In this document: piece after piece, positions 47,550 to 61,325 of the stretch
Layout of the letters: each line of letters opens with the position of its first letter
Position numbering within the stretch: the stretch's first letter is position 1
Assembly (NCBI GenBank): GCA_038496445.1
Contig: JALMLS010000100.1
Location: 124,001-188,000, forward strand
Source of the DNA: Trichosphaerium sp. ATCC 40318
Taxonomy: Eukaryota; Protista; Tubulinea
Length of the DNA stretch: 64,000 bases
Direction of reading: 5' to 3'
Notes under the pieces: model-generated
The model's database searches: none
Told to the model about the DNA's origin: nothing
The model's input: the letters and a program-made list of their open reading frames with translations, nothing else
Translations under genes and position numbers: made by a program

Positions 47550-49179
47550 ATGTCAATGTCAACACAGTTGTTGCTCGCTGTATTCTTTGTATGCTTTATC
47601 CAAGCATCGATGTCTACGTCCCTATGGAAAGGGACGTTCGCTAGTGGTTGGATGGCCAATTGGGGCGTCAAACATGGAGATATAGACTCACGAAACGGTG
47701 TTCCTGGCGGTGGTGAAGTTGTTGAAGGTGATAAGCTAAAAGTACAATACGCGCCGGTACAGTCAATGTTTTGCGTTGCTATAGTGCTAATAATAGTAGG
47801 GAGAGGCTGGTAATAGTGGTGTATGGATGTTAGCTGTGCCTATTGATGATTTATCTCAATACAGAACATTATGTCTCACGTAAGTCGGAACTAATATTTT
47901 TCCGCGCGGTTCACAATATTTTTTTGCTAAGATTTTACAAGCTACAAACTCAAAGTTCCAAAAGACTTTGAATTCAATTTGGGTGGCAAATTACCTGGTC
48001 TTTATGGAACTACAGGTGACACTAGTTTGAACTCAAAGTGTTCTGGTGGTGATCAGCCAGGGCCATGTTACTCCGCGAGATACATGTGGCGTACAGATGG
48101 TGATGGAGAAATATATGGATACATGCCGACTCCTTCAAGCACGTGCGTAATACGATTTCGCCTATGGAGGGTGTTGCTTAAATTGGTTGTAGTGTGTGCA
48201 ATGCAGACAATAATATTTGTAATCCTGACTTTGGGCAATCACTCGGAAGAGGAAAATGGAGTTTTCCTGATGACGAAGCTTATCATCTTTATCAACAAGA
48301 GATCACTTTGAATACAGGTTCAAACTCTGATGGTAGTGCTCGTGTTTGGATGGACGGTGTATTGAAAATGGATCAACAAGATCTACAATGGAGAGCAGAT
48401 GACGATATAGTTCACAAGGGCATTTTCTTCAACACGTTTTTTGGAGGTAAGAAAATTCGAAAAAAAAATACAAACTCTTTTTTGTAAGAGTTTTTCACTA
48501 ATCTTGTTAGGTGGAAAGTCATGGGGTCCTTCAGAAACAATGTATCTCTATTTTGGAGACTTTGAAATTTCAACGTCTTGTGAGCCTGCTGAACCGTCAA
48601 CAACCGCTTCTCCGACAATGGCTCCTGCTGAAGACGCAACAGATGCCCCTACAGAACAGAGTACTACACCTGCGCCTAATAGCGTATGCCTCTTGGAAAC
48701 AGTAAACACAATTTCTGGCACTACATTTGATGTCAAAGTTGAATACACAACAGAAGAGGAACAAGACTTGCGTAAGTAAAAAATAGGAATTTCTCGCTTC
48801 ATAACAGGTACTAAATGATCCTAGGTGTTTCATTATTTACTACATCAACTGACTATGTGTCACACACAGAAGTTCGTGTGAGCGCTGGATCAGGAACGGA
48901 GACGGTAAGCATTATATTAATACCTGTTTGGTGCTAATACAAATGTAGGTTACTGTGGCTACGAAAGACTTCACCGGAACTGGTTTCCAAATCAAAGTAT
49001 CATTGGAACCACCTGGAAAGGACTTCAAGTCCGAGACTGCAGCAGAATTTTATGATCCTGGCGTTACTGGTTGTAGTGATAGTCAGGATAAACCAGCCAC
49101 TATTTCTTCCAATCACATGCGTACATTGCCTTGTGTCTATGTGTCCTTACTGTTGCTTTTTGGCTTGTTGTTTATGTAA
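47550..49179 (+). CDS. Polysaccharide lyase family 14 (alginate lyase-like) with Ser/Thr linker and hydrophobic C-terminus
   Basis: Signal peptide plus GGKLPGLYG, YSARYMWRTDGDGEIYGY, FGQSLGRGKWSF and FFNTFFGG. Confidence 0.9.
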
Positions 49180-49619
49180 AGATTAAACCAGATATCGTAT
49201 CCCTTATCACTATGTAGTCGCTTAGTAATAAATATTACTTTAATACTAGCGTCTCTGTTATTCAAAGCACAGTTCAATACATTTATGTAAACACAAAAAT
49301 GATGTTTCCTCGGAATGTCTAAACACGTGTTCATCCACTACGCAACAAACATTTAATCGCTGTTTATGTGGGCGGATATTTGAACTTCAAGAACAATTTT
49401 AAACGAAAACTTTTCCATGGGATTAAAGCGGCTTCTGTGAAAGGTACAAAACTGTGTAAATTTTCGGCGAGATTTCGAAACGATAGAAGTCAAGAAACAG
49501 CTGTGAATCCGCCATCATCAACGCCACACCTGTTACGCGTTACCCAGTGCTGTAATAGGTGGTTTGTTGCTCACCACATCGAGAAACCTCCAGAATTCTC
49601 TGTGTAGGTTTATTGGTGT

Positions 49620-52600
49620 ATGTGGGCGCTAGTAAAAGCGCTAGACAGAGGTTAGTAAGCATTTTATTAGACACAACCATAATGAACTCTAGATAACGCA
49701 AAATCGGCTCGAAACTACCTAAACAAAGATCTAAAGAATAGCAACCTTTCTCAGGGCCTAGACGGCAAGGATAATAGGTTTGCAAACACTAAATTGCCTA
49801 AATACGCTTACTTTTATCCCAGCATACTTCATTTTGCAGCTGGAAGGGAAACACACCGTGTTTTAAAAATACTATTACAACACCGACGCAAATTCGCTCT
49901 TTCACCTGATATTACAAACACAGACGCTGAAACTCCATTATTTAGTGCTGTTAGAGCTTCTAAATATGAAGCGGTTACAATACTTGTAGAAAATGGATCG
50001 TTTGTAAACAAACGGGTACAACACGCCTATTATCATTGATATGCTAATAAAGTCGTTTAAGAACAAAGCAGGAAACACACCGTTACACGTGGCCGTTGAA
50101 AAATGTGCTGATGACATTGTAACATATCTCATCTTGCATGGAGCGAATGTTTCTCTTCGTAACAGGTATAAATATGCTTTGACCTTCTTTGGTTCAACCA
50201 AAACTTATACATTCAAAGGAATAAACAGACGCCTTTACAAGTAGCTACAGCACTTGCTGATAAGGCTTATGCTCACTTGCAAGAGAATTATAGCGACGAT
50301 GCACAATATAGGTAATTGGCGATTTCTTGTTTGTAACAAACTTAGTTTACTAATTTTTTTCTGAAAAATTGTAGATCTGATGTTCTGTACGAGATTGTTG
50401 AGTTTTTGACTATTCGTCCAACAAAAATACAAAAGCGTGTTAAAGCAAGCAATAAGAATAAATTTGATAAGAAATGGTGGTTCAGCAAGGGTAAAGGCAT
50501 ACATTATGCTGCTTCACATGGGTAATAGAGCAAATAAGATTTTTTTTTCTTATTTATGTTTTTGATTAGTGATCTGCGCATGGTTTCAAGAATTTTGGGT
50601 AATGAAAAAGCTGAGAAGTTAGTAAATAACTGTAGCTCTCGTGGGCATACACCATTATCTCTAGGTAATAATTGCCAACTGCTAAAAACTTGATTTTTTA
50701 AAAAACGCAAAGTTGTTTCTTTGTTTATTCTTATTTTATTAGCTGTTAAAAATGGTTCTTGTGAAATGGTTGAAAAACTAATTGAACTTGGCGCTGACGC
50801 ACGCATTAATGCTACGATTCAGTCCCCTCTTCATTTGGCAGTTTTGTCAGGACACACGCGTATAGTTGCTGCATTGTTATCTAATGGAGCACATGTAGTT
50901 TTAACTAATTCTATGCAGTACGTAGAACGAAACAAGGCCAACGAAATTCTATATTTTTAATATTAGTTTGGCAAGTCCAAAAATCCTCGTTCTCAATCTA
51001 GCATAAACACAAATCAGGGTTATTATTAGACCTCGCTTTTAAAAGAAATCTTAGAGTGGATATCAAACAATTTTTTTTTGATTCTCGGTTTCGGGCTTAT
51101 TCTTGTAGCAAACAAACACCTCTTCAATTAGCAGTACGAAATGAAGAATGGGATATTATTTCAATGCTTCTTGAGAAACATTTTGAAGATGCTACTAAAC
51201 GTGTTGGCGTACTTTATAGGTATAACCATTTTCTTATTTTTTTCTTTCTTGATCAAATTTCGTGATTGCTGTGGATGAGGTTTAACACAATTTATTTAGC
51301 ACTTGTAACTTTTTACTACGATTGGCTTCGCGTCAAAGCACAAGGAAAATGAACGCTTTGATTATGTTGTTATTATCTGGTAGATGTGTTAATATAGATG
51401 CACAAACAGCTTCAGGGTGGACTCCTCTTCATATTGCTTCTCGAAATGGTAATCTGAAAGCTCTCAAGTTGCTACTTGAAGTAAGTCACAAAGTGAACTG
51501 GACTGGCGGCTTAACGACTATTAGAACGGAGCTAATCCTGATGTTAAGACAAAGGCTGGATGGACACCTCTATTGATTGTATCTGAGTTAACTACAAAAA
51601 CTGTAAAACTTGACAAGAAGAGAGATATGGCAGCTCTATTGATTAAACACGGGGCAGACCCTAACATTGAAACACAAGAAGGTATGAATTAGTTAACAGC
51701 GAGTTTGTTTGAAGTACTCACTCTTATTAACAGGATATTGCGCTCTTCATTTTGCTGTTCGCAAAGGACATATTAAGACTGTTGAGGCTATTCTAGAGGC
51801 ACCTAATGTGTCTCTTGAAGTGTGCCATGACAAGTACTTAACTCCTTTATACCTGGCTATGATCAAGCATCGTGACGCTGTAAGTTTTTTTTTTAATGGT
51901 ATTAGTCTATTAACTTCATCAATTATATAGTGTTGTGTAGCTCTAGTAAATAAGGGTGCTAGTTCTTGGTTTTCAATTGATGGATGCTCTCCGCTACTCG
52001 ATGCAGTTAGGTAAGTGTCTTTGGTGTTTTGATTTACCTTTCTTTTTGTTGTTCTAACACATGACTCAGTCGCAATGCTTCAAGCCTTGCCCTTGCTCTT
52101 ATTGAGAATGGTGCTGATGTTAATGAAGTTTGTACTCTCGCTTGCGCTGAACACTACAAAGGATGGCCAATTTTAACAGTCGCTACATTAAAAGTGAACC
52201 CTGTTTCTGTTATCAAAGCTATAGCTGAAAAAGTTGACGATATTGATAAACTTAATCCTCACGGTCACACAGCGCTTCATACTGCTGTCAGACTAAATAT
52301 GGGACAAGCTGTTGATGTCATTTGCCAAGCAGGTAAATTATAGTCTTCTTCATTAACAATCTAACTAGCTGACAGGCGCTAACGCTGATACTTTGTTCAA
52401 TGACGCCGGATGCAAGTACGTTGTGGAACTTTTCTCAAACAAAAAAATTTGTTTTAATATGACACCTTGCTTGTGCTTATAGTTTCGCTCCTTTGTAACC
52501 TTTTTTTTAGCGCAGTCCATATTGCTATTTATGCTAAAGCATCTACCGCATTGGGTGCTTTATTACGTAATGGTGCTGATATCAATGTTAAGTTTCCAGG

Positions 52601-54806
52601 AACAGAATTTAGCGCTTTTGATGCTATTTTTGCTTCAACGGATCGTGACATGATAACAGAGGCATTAAAGAACCAAAGTAGTGATAGACTAGGTAAAGGT
52701 GTTCTTAGTGAACTCGCACGCAAAGGCCAAGACAAGTACGTGCTGCCTCCTTATAACATTTCCACTGACGTCTTTTCTTCTATAGACAGCTCCTCGAAGA
52801 GCTTTTGGATAGAGGTCTTGATCCTAACGATGCTAACGATGCTGGGTTTTCTATACTCCACCAATCGATTTCTGTTCGTGGAGGAAATTTTGAATTGGCT
52901 AAGCTTGTGTTATCTAAAGGAGCTAATATAAACCAGCAAACAAAAAAAGGAAGGTAAGTAATTGACTTACCACTTAAAACATAAAATTGACACGTGGTTA
53001 GAACTGCTCTTCACTTTGCTATGGAATTTGCTGCAAAGTATAAAAACAATACGCCACTTCAGTTCCTACTCAAAGTCCCTAAAGTTGACGTGAACCTTGC
53101 GGATACTAATGGTTGGACACCTCTGCATTTGGCTGTACAGTACAGGTATTGACTATTTTGCGTTAACCAAATAACTAATTTGTCTATTAGAAACTGGACT
53201 GCTTGTAGACTTTTATTAGACAAAGGCGCTAAGGTTAACGTTGAAACTGTCAAAAAAGTCACACCTCTCCACCAATGTATGCAAAACCAAATGATTAGCC
53301 ACCTTTTTAGCTACAAAGATTTTTTTCCTTGCGTTACTCTGTTTGACTCATTTGGTAGGTGTTGCGCTGCCGAACGCTGACTTGTCAATTATTCAAAAAC
53401 TGCTGGACCTTGGTGCTAATATAAATACATTGGCACGTGGTCGTGTAACAGCTTCCGAATATGCTTACAGAACGAGCAACTTTGACGCTTTCTCTTGTAC
53501 GACTTAACAGCCTTGAGTCAATTTAACTAAATCTTTACTCTAGTGTTAACCCAAGCTGGTGGTAAAGTAATACAACAAGTACGAATCATGATGATTATTT
53601 TTTTGTGACTTAAACAGTAAAGAAAATTGCTTATCAAACTTTTTTTAGGAGCAAACTGATGGTAACACTAAATGGACTGCTTTGCATTTGACTGCACAAA
53701 ATAATGATGCGTCCATAATAAGGTCACTGATACTTTCAGGTGTTACACCTGATTCAATTGACGTAAGTACATGAATGGCGCTATGGGCGCTTCTTGATTT
53801 TTTCTTAAACTATTATCTAGGTTAACGGTTGGACTCCGCTGCATGTGGCAACACTTTATGGAGCTCTTGACTCTGTAAAAGCTCTTGTCGAAGGAAAAGC
53901 CAACGTAACGATTCCAACTCATAAAAAATGGACTATCTTACATACAGCTGTTCGTGTTGCGTGTACCAAACCAAGCCGTGAACGTATAGATATACTCAAA
54001 TACTTCCTTGAGAAGGTACACTATTCTTTTTCTTATATACAGAATACAATGAGTAACCCACGTGTAGGCACCAGAACTGCTCAATCTATCGACAGAGAGT
54101 AACTTAACAGCTCTTGACTTGGCGTTTTTGAACAAAAACAAAAAAGTTCTAGACATTTTGATGAAATACGAAGTCAAGTCGTCAAGGTACACAAACCAGC
54201 TATTTTTTTTTGGCCATCACGTGTTTTTAAACTTTTCTTCTAAAAATAGTATTAGATACGATAACAGTAATGTATTGTTTACAGCTGTTGAAGATGATAA
54301 ACCTGCTGTCATACGTACTAGGCATTCACAAGCATCAGATATTAATGAACAGAGATCGAATACCGGCTGGACTGCCTTACATCTGGCAGCTTGGTTTGGT
54401 AACCACAACTGTTGCACTGCTTTGCTTGAAGTAGGCGCAGATCCAAACATCCAGGACTCAAGAGGTCGTACACCTCTTCACCTTGCTGTTATCAGACGTA
54501 GACGAAAAGCATGTGTTCGTATTGGACATAGTGAGAAACTAGACATGTCTATTGTCGATGATGACGGTAAAAAGGCACTCGAATACGCTTCTACAATTGT
54601 ACGTCATTTTGTTTTGTTGTTTTCTTGTTGAAATTAATTGGTTGTTGTTTAGGGAAGGAGACCTCTTAGAGCTAGGCTTGAGAGGACTATTTTTAAAACC
54701 TATAGAACGTCTAAGGAGCATAAGGAATCACGACAAGTTATTAGATTTCATGCTGAATACAAGGAAAAAAATAGAAAGTCTGTTAAATTGTATACTTCAC
54801 AAATGA
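49620..54806 (+). CDS. Large multi-exon ankyrin-repeat protein
   Basis: Numerous G-x-T-P/A-L-H-x-A motifs (GNTPLHVA, GWTPLHIA, GYCALHFA, GWTALHLA, GRTPLHLA). Ends are approximate. Confidence 0.88.
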
Positions 54807-55021
54807 CGAAGAGCAAGGATATTTTGTATTTTAATTTAAAATTAAAATAAGTCAAGCAAATGATTGCACTTTAACCTCTAACGTAATGGTTCAAGAACTA
54901 TTCAACAACAAAACTTGATGATCGCTTTATTTGTATTACAATTACCAGTTTATCTAGCCATCACATACTATTGTGAGGATCATACAGATGGGTAAATATT
55001 GCGAAAGTAAAGTGTTTTACA

Positions 55022-55981
55022 TCAAGTACTTTGTGCATTGATCCACGTTATACCTAAAGATTCAACAGCTTTCTTTGTTATCTTGTTCATATGCCTGTTC
55101 ATATTCTTTATTGAAATAGACTTGAGAGACTTCAGGTGTTTCAAACATGCGTTTGTAAGCTCGGGACACTCTAGAAGCTCAAGGTGTTCAAGGTTTACCA
55201 AGTGCTTCAAACGTGAGTCTGTAATGTTAGATTGACCCAAAAAAAGATGTTTGACATTCATCAATGCTTTGATACCATCGTCTGTTATTGAGGCATCAAT
55301 AATTTGTACTGTGTGTATATTTCCAAGATGTTTGAACCATTCTTGTGGTGGATCGCTGAGTGCGATTGAGTGCACACCTTTAAGTGCTTTTATTCCCTCG
55401 ATAGTAATGTCATCACAGAACATGATATCAATAGTGTGTACTCCACTTAGTGCCTTTAAAGAAACGTCCGTTATACACGTGAATGACAAGTCAATGCAAT
55501 GAATACTATGCTTTCCTCCTTGTGCTAAGATAAGGATGTCCTCGTCTGTAACCGGTGCGCTGTCTAGTTCAATGGTATGAACGCCTGCTAGGCACTGCAT
55601 ATGAAATCCTGTAAGTGAAGGGAAAATGGCGATTCGAGTGTTCTTCAGCAAAGGATTGCCTTTTAGAGCACAGCAGTCTGGTTCAGCTGTTTGAGAGAGA
55701 TGAAAAGTAAAGTCTGAAGGATGCTTCAAAAGTATACTAATAAAGCCAATGTTGTTACGAATGATATCGTTAAAAAGATGACAGGTAGTACAAGCTCCAA
55801 TACGTTGTTTTTTGTTTAAATAACGAAGAATTTGCGTCAACATCTCTGGTGGCAGCTCTTGAACCTGTGTTATACGCGATATTGGTATTAGGTCTTTTTT
55901 GTTTAAACTCATGACTGGCACGTGTTTGTATTTTTTTTTTTTACCTGAAAAATCATGCGAAATTTCGCCTTTGCTTAACAT
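55022..55981 (-). CDS. Intronless F-box + LRR protein, diverged third family member
   Basis: F-box LPPEMLTQILRYL...ACTTCHLF. LRRs LAGVHTIEL..VTDE and LSGVHTIDI..ITIEGIKALKGVHSI. Confidence 0.85.
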   Translation of the reverse strand: MLSKGEISHDFSGKKKKYKHVPVMSLNKKDLIPISRITQVQELPPEMLTQILRYLNKKQRIGACTTCHLFNDIIRNNIGFISILLKHPSDFTFHLSQTAEPDCCALKGNPLLKNTRIAIFPSLTGFHMQCLAGVHTIELDSAPVTDEDILILAQGGKHSIHCIDLSFTCITDVSLKALSGVHTIDIMFCDDITIEGIKALKGVHSIALSDPPQEWFKHLGNIHTVQIIDASITDDGIKALMNVKHLFLGQSNITDSRLKHLVNLEHLELLECPELTNACLKHLKSLKSISIKNMNRHMNKITKKAVESLGITWINAQST

Positions 55982-56471
55982 TAGCTATCAATCAAAAGCT
56001 ACACCAGCGTAGATTTCACTCAAACGGCTATTGTATCTATTAGGTAATAAATATTAACACTCCAACAATGAATTTCCGAGGCGTTTCCGATGAGCGAGGC
56101 CATTCATACCCAGAGGTGCACTAACAACTGCTGTATTTAATTCGTTTGGGGCTATATCCCTAGTTAGCGCTGCTACGCTTATGATTTGTTAAAACAACAG
56201 CAACTTCATGTTTAACGTCAAATACAATAGTTTACGGAGTTAACTTAACGGAGAATTTTGCTTTGTGTAACGTAACTTTTTGAGATGTTTTGTCCTTTCG
56301 GAGATGTTCTCAATTTGACAACCTATGTTGATGAAGTAGAGTACAGATTCCCTGCGTACCGTGTTGGGTGAGGCAGAAAACCATTTCCATAGACTAGAAG
56401 ACATGTCATTGGATTTGTACAAAAGGCTTTTTATTTTTTTTGAACACGTAGTTTTTTTTCTTTTATATGCT

Positions 56472-59400
56472 CTATGCTTCTTTGTGTCTATTGAACCCAC
56501 TCTCCACATCAAAATTTGGTAACCAACTTTTTTTGTTCAATCGTTGGTTATTATACCAATAAATAAACAAAGAAAGAGCAACGAACCCAAATAAAGCCAA
56601 ATAAAGACCAAAACCTCTTTGTTTTTTTTCTTTTGTTGTATCTGTTTTCTCATCTCCTGTTGTTGCATCATGTGCATGACCTGTATGTATCTTTTGCTTG
56701 TTATTATTCTGAGGTTTTTTACTGCCTGTGTTCATTGGTTTGAGTTTGTTGGCTTGGGTGTTGTGATGTATAACTTGGCTTATATGAGGATCTTCATGCT
56801 GAGCACCTTTGCTATCATCTTTACTTGTTGAATCTTCTGATTTCTTCTTTCTTTCAGAAATATCACGACTGATGACGTCGCCTGCATCAATATCACCAAT
56901 TTTTAAAGGTTTGAATGATTTATCAATTGATGACTGTTGGAAAGAGAAAAGAAGTTAATAACAACAAAATGTATTGGGAAAAAAATTGCGACGTTGCTTT
57001 TTTTTGATTGACGAGGTGATAATGATTGTCGTACCGAAGAAAATGTAAACATGTACGCATGTATTTCAAGAGGTGATATAGATGCTACAAAAGGATCTGA
57101 AAACGCTAAAGCTTTTCTTCCTGTATTCTAGAACAAAACACAATCAAAAATGTGCAACCCAAGAAAAAAAGAAGAAAGTTCGTCATACTCGTTTGGCAAG
57201 TTCTTCAACTCTTTCCTTCTCATCTAAGGCATCTTGTGATAAGAACACGCCCTGCTCATCTATTAAAAAAGTATTTTAGTAAACAATAATTCGTAACACG
57301 TGATGTCAACAGTAAAACACGTTACCTGTATTTTGAGAGTCTAAAATATCATTGACACCTTTAACATTAGAAAAATCAACTTGTCCAGTGCTTGACCATT
57401 GTGCACTTCTCTGTAGATTGTAATCTATGGCATTTATAAGACGACTAATATACTGATATTCAGGGTTTGTACCTTGGTTTAATGAAACAGCAGAACGTTT
57501 AATGTTATGTGGCGTAAACCCAACGAATAATGACGCCAAGTCCATTACTATTGGTTTTTTTGAGCTATATTGTTCGTTCAAGTTTAACATTCTAACTACT
57601 ACATCATCTGATGTGCCATCACGTGCTTTAAGCGTGATAATATGCAAGTTATCAGGAACAGTTGCTTAAAAAAAACGTCAAAAAGAGAGTCGTAAAAACA
57701 AGGTGAACAAGTTGGTGCCACCTCTTCGCACCTTTCAATGGTGAATAAGTCTTTTTGTGAACGTCATTCCAGTTCTTTTGGGCATGCGACCATACCATTT
57801 CTAGTGGGTGATTTTGAAGAACAGATAACTTCTTACGAAGTTTTTCAGTCTTTGATGCAAGCTCATACATGAGCCAATGAGAAGTAAATATCTTTGAATC
57901 ATCATTATTACCCTCACCAAGTCCTAACACAACGTTACTTCCTTTTTTAACGTTGAAGATATTTCTCTGTACCTCTACCATCATCATGAGGTAGATTACG
58001 ATGTAACATAGTTTCAATATGTCCATTATGAAGACTTGAAGTACCATGAGCATATCTTGTTAACAACTAAAATAGAAGAGTTAGCAAAAAGTTTTTTTTA
58101 ATGATCTTGTTGTGGTGTACCGTGAATTGTCCATTAGAGCGTTTAGTATCTCTAATAAACGCTGATGTAACTGTAGGATAGTAATTTTGTTCAGCTGGAC
58201 CACCGTTAAACTTTCTAGGGACTATTTGAAGACCATCATCAGTCCAAAATGTCTTATCTGTATTCAAGTTCGTGTTGTATCTCGTTATAATCTCTTGTCC
58301 TGACTGAGCGCCCAAAGCGGACTCTTGAACAATTATTTTATCCATATCACCTGCTATTTTTGAATACAAACGAACAGTAGTTGAGAAATCTTTAACATAA
58401 ATCTACTCAAAGTGTTAGGTGTCTAGCTCTTCTTTTTTCTTATTTTTTTCTTATGTTATGCAAGTTCAAATTCAAAAAGAAACGTACACGAGCTTCTTGG
58501 ACAAGATCACCTGTTAATAGATGAATTTGTATTGGTACGCCTTTATCTAGTGTATCAGGTTCTGGTTTGTTCTTTGTTCTAAATAAGTATGCTCCACTGT
58601 TTTTACTTCTTCTTTGAGTTCCGTAGGCCATCCACTATTTGAACGTGTTACATTGATACTCTTGCGTACCGTAAAGTTGTTTTTTTAAAAAATGCGGTGC
58701 AAGATTATGTACCCTTTGGTTAACGTCCAGTATTTTTTTGATACGTTTGTTCTCAATCTTATCAATACTTCCAAACTCACTTGAAAATATAACTTTGAAT
58801 AGATCATTTTCCATTGCGATTACATTACCACTCATAGGCCAGAATTTTATGCCTTTATCTGTACCAGAATCTGTTACACCTAAAAAACAAATATAAGTAT
58901 GGCATCTCTCAAGACACGTGAAAATCTTTGAATGTGACTTAGCAACGTACGATTATTATACACCTTAAGATCAAAGTCAACAAATGTGCTGGTTTTAGAG
59001 TATTCGAGAAAGTATGTAGATGCTCCCATAGCAGGAACAATCACCAAGCAATGTAGCTCATAATGAGTTTTACTGATACTACCATCTTCGATTATAGGCA
59101 TCAATTGACAAGGCACATCATCGCCATCTCCATTACGAACTCTTCCTTGTTTACTACTAACATAAATTCGAGTGAACTCTTTTCGTTCCCAAGCCAATGA
59201 GTTATGGAATACTAATGCATATCTAGAGCCTTCTTCAAGAGCGTATGTAACTTTAGACTTAAAAAAAGTTTATCAATAGATTACTCAACAGAGGACCAAA
59301 AAAGGAAGGACGAAAACTACTTACAGACTTTAATGTCGGTGCTTCTTTATCAGCAAGAAGCACTGATAATGACTTTGATAGTATGTTTCTAGAACTCTTT

Positions 59401-61162
59401 AAAGCAGTATTGAGCCGTTGTGCATAGTCATTTACAACATACTGCTTAGCAGTCCCTGTAATACCATCGTGATGAAGTACAAGTGCAACATCCTAAATAA
59501 ACATGTTAGCTAGAGTTAGTTTTTTGTTTTAGTGTTTAGTTAGTTCAACACAGATGAGGATAAATGTCGTACACGTCTTGATTGCAACATGTTACTAAAT
59601 TCAAAATCCCACTTGAGCTTATGCGCCAATTCTTTGTTTTTTGTTACAGTTTCTCTTGCAAACAAGTATGCTACTTCAGCAGTTCTGATTACACTATAAA
59701 CAGATCTAGCAGCACGTTTCAATGTAGGGCGAGTTGTATAGTATCCCTAGAAACGTTAATATTGTACAGCAATCTTTTCATTGACGTACTGTCCAGTAGC
59801 TGTCTGCGTTATCAGCATATGGAAAAAAGTCACCACGGTAAAGTGGAAACTTGATTTGTTTTTCATTAAGAGCATTAAAATATCGCTCTGGCGTAGAGTA
59901 TTGGATATCTATATTATAAGTATCTTTGTTTTTGTTTATGTACTCTTAAGAGAAGAAAATTGCTATCAGTAACAATAAGGAGAGCTTTGAAAGAAGATTT
60001 CTTACCTATGATTTTGTCCATGTTTGAAAATTGAAGTTCAGCTCTTTGGAACTTAAAGTCATCACCAAATACAACCATTAAATGGTTAGATGCGTAGTGA
60101 CCTGCTCTGCCCTATTTGAAGTATTTAGCTTAGTATAAAATGATAATTATTATTTACTCACCTTGCAAACTCTGGCATAAGCATCAGCACGATTCTTTAC
60201 ATTAACCTGAGAAATACGTGGATTTCTTGATGCATTCTCTTCCCAATCAAACCCTTTTACTGCTGAATAATGTGTATGCAGTACATGTGTTAATATCTGA
60301 GACTTATTTCCTAGTGTAGGAGATCCTTCCCATACAAATTCCATGTGTTTTGCTTTCTTGAATTTGGCCTGAAAAAAATAAGCAATTTTTGTCAACTTTT
60401 TTTGACAACCTTTGTTTGGAAGTGAATTCTATTTATAACCATCGCATCAAACTTCATCTGAGAGAACACAGTAGGCGATTTTGAAGAATGCCCAAAAGGG
60501 TCTATTTGCCATGCAATACGTGGTCTTACTCCGAATGTTTTAAGCAAGTATTCATGGCCTTCTGTCATCTGTTTGAAAAAAAAAATTACAACCAGAAACG
60601 TCTTACTTTCTTCGTTCTAAAGCCACGTTACCTGATCGAGGTAACTGTCAAAATTAGGATTGGCTTCATCTGGTTGCACCCAGCCACCTTATTGAGTATA
60701 TAAACGACCAATAAATTTACATGTCGAGTGAGCGTACCTTCTACAAATTCAAATTGTTTTCTGTTTATTAGAGTCTTTACGTTCTCTCGTATGTACAATG
60801 GTTGCTTATCAAACCACCGAGAAAAGAAGGATCTGCAAAAAACAATGATTAATTCGTTTGTTACGCTTGTGACGCACATTTCTGCCCATACGAAGGTGCG
60901 TGATGGATTATTGATGAGTTGAGATACAACGTGGTTAAGAATATGATCTACTTTACGCGTAAAGTACTCCTATAGCAACGTTAACGCGTTAGTAATACTT
61001 ATACATCACCTCGAAAGTATTAAGCCAACCAGGATCGCAATGGGAGTGAGGAATAACGTGAACGTGTAGTGTATCCTTTTTATTGTCAGAAAAACCCCAC
61101 TTCGCTTCTACGTTGATCAAACCCGCTAATAAAAATACAACTACAGCTGTAGCCCACTGCAT
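56472..61162 (-). CDS. Glycoside hydrolase family 38 alpha-mannosidase with a C-terminal TM helix
   Basis: Signal peptide, HVIPHSHCDPGW, WQIDPFGHS, HHDGITGT, SGAYLFR, FWTDDG and NYYP. C-terminal GFGLYLALFGFVALSLFIYWY. Confidence 0.92.
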
Positions 61163-61325
61163 GAGTCGTAATTGCGTTTCAACGGCACTGTAGCGCTAAA
61201 AGATAACCCAGGAGCGTTCTACTGAACCAGACTTAATGTTGCGTTTGGTACACAGACTTAAAACCCACGTCACTAGTTGTACCAATCAACTCTCTGTTGC
61301 CTGTTAGATACTACAAGCTGTAAAA

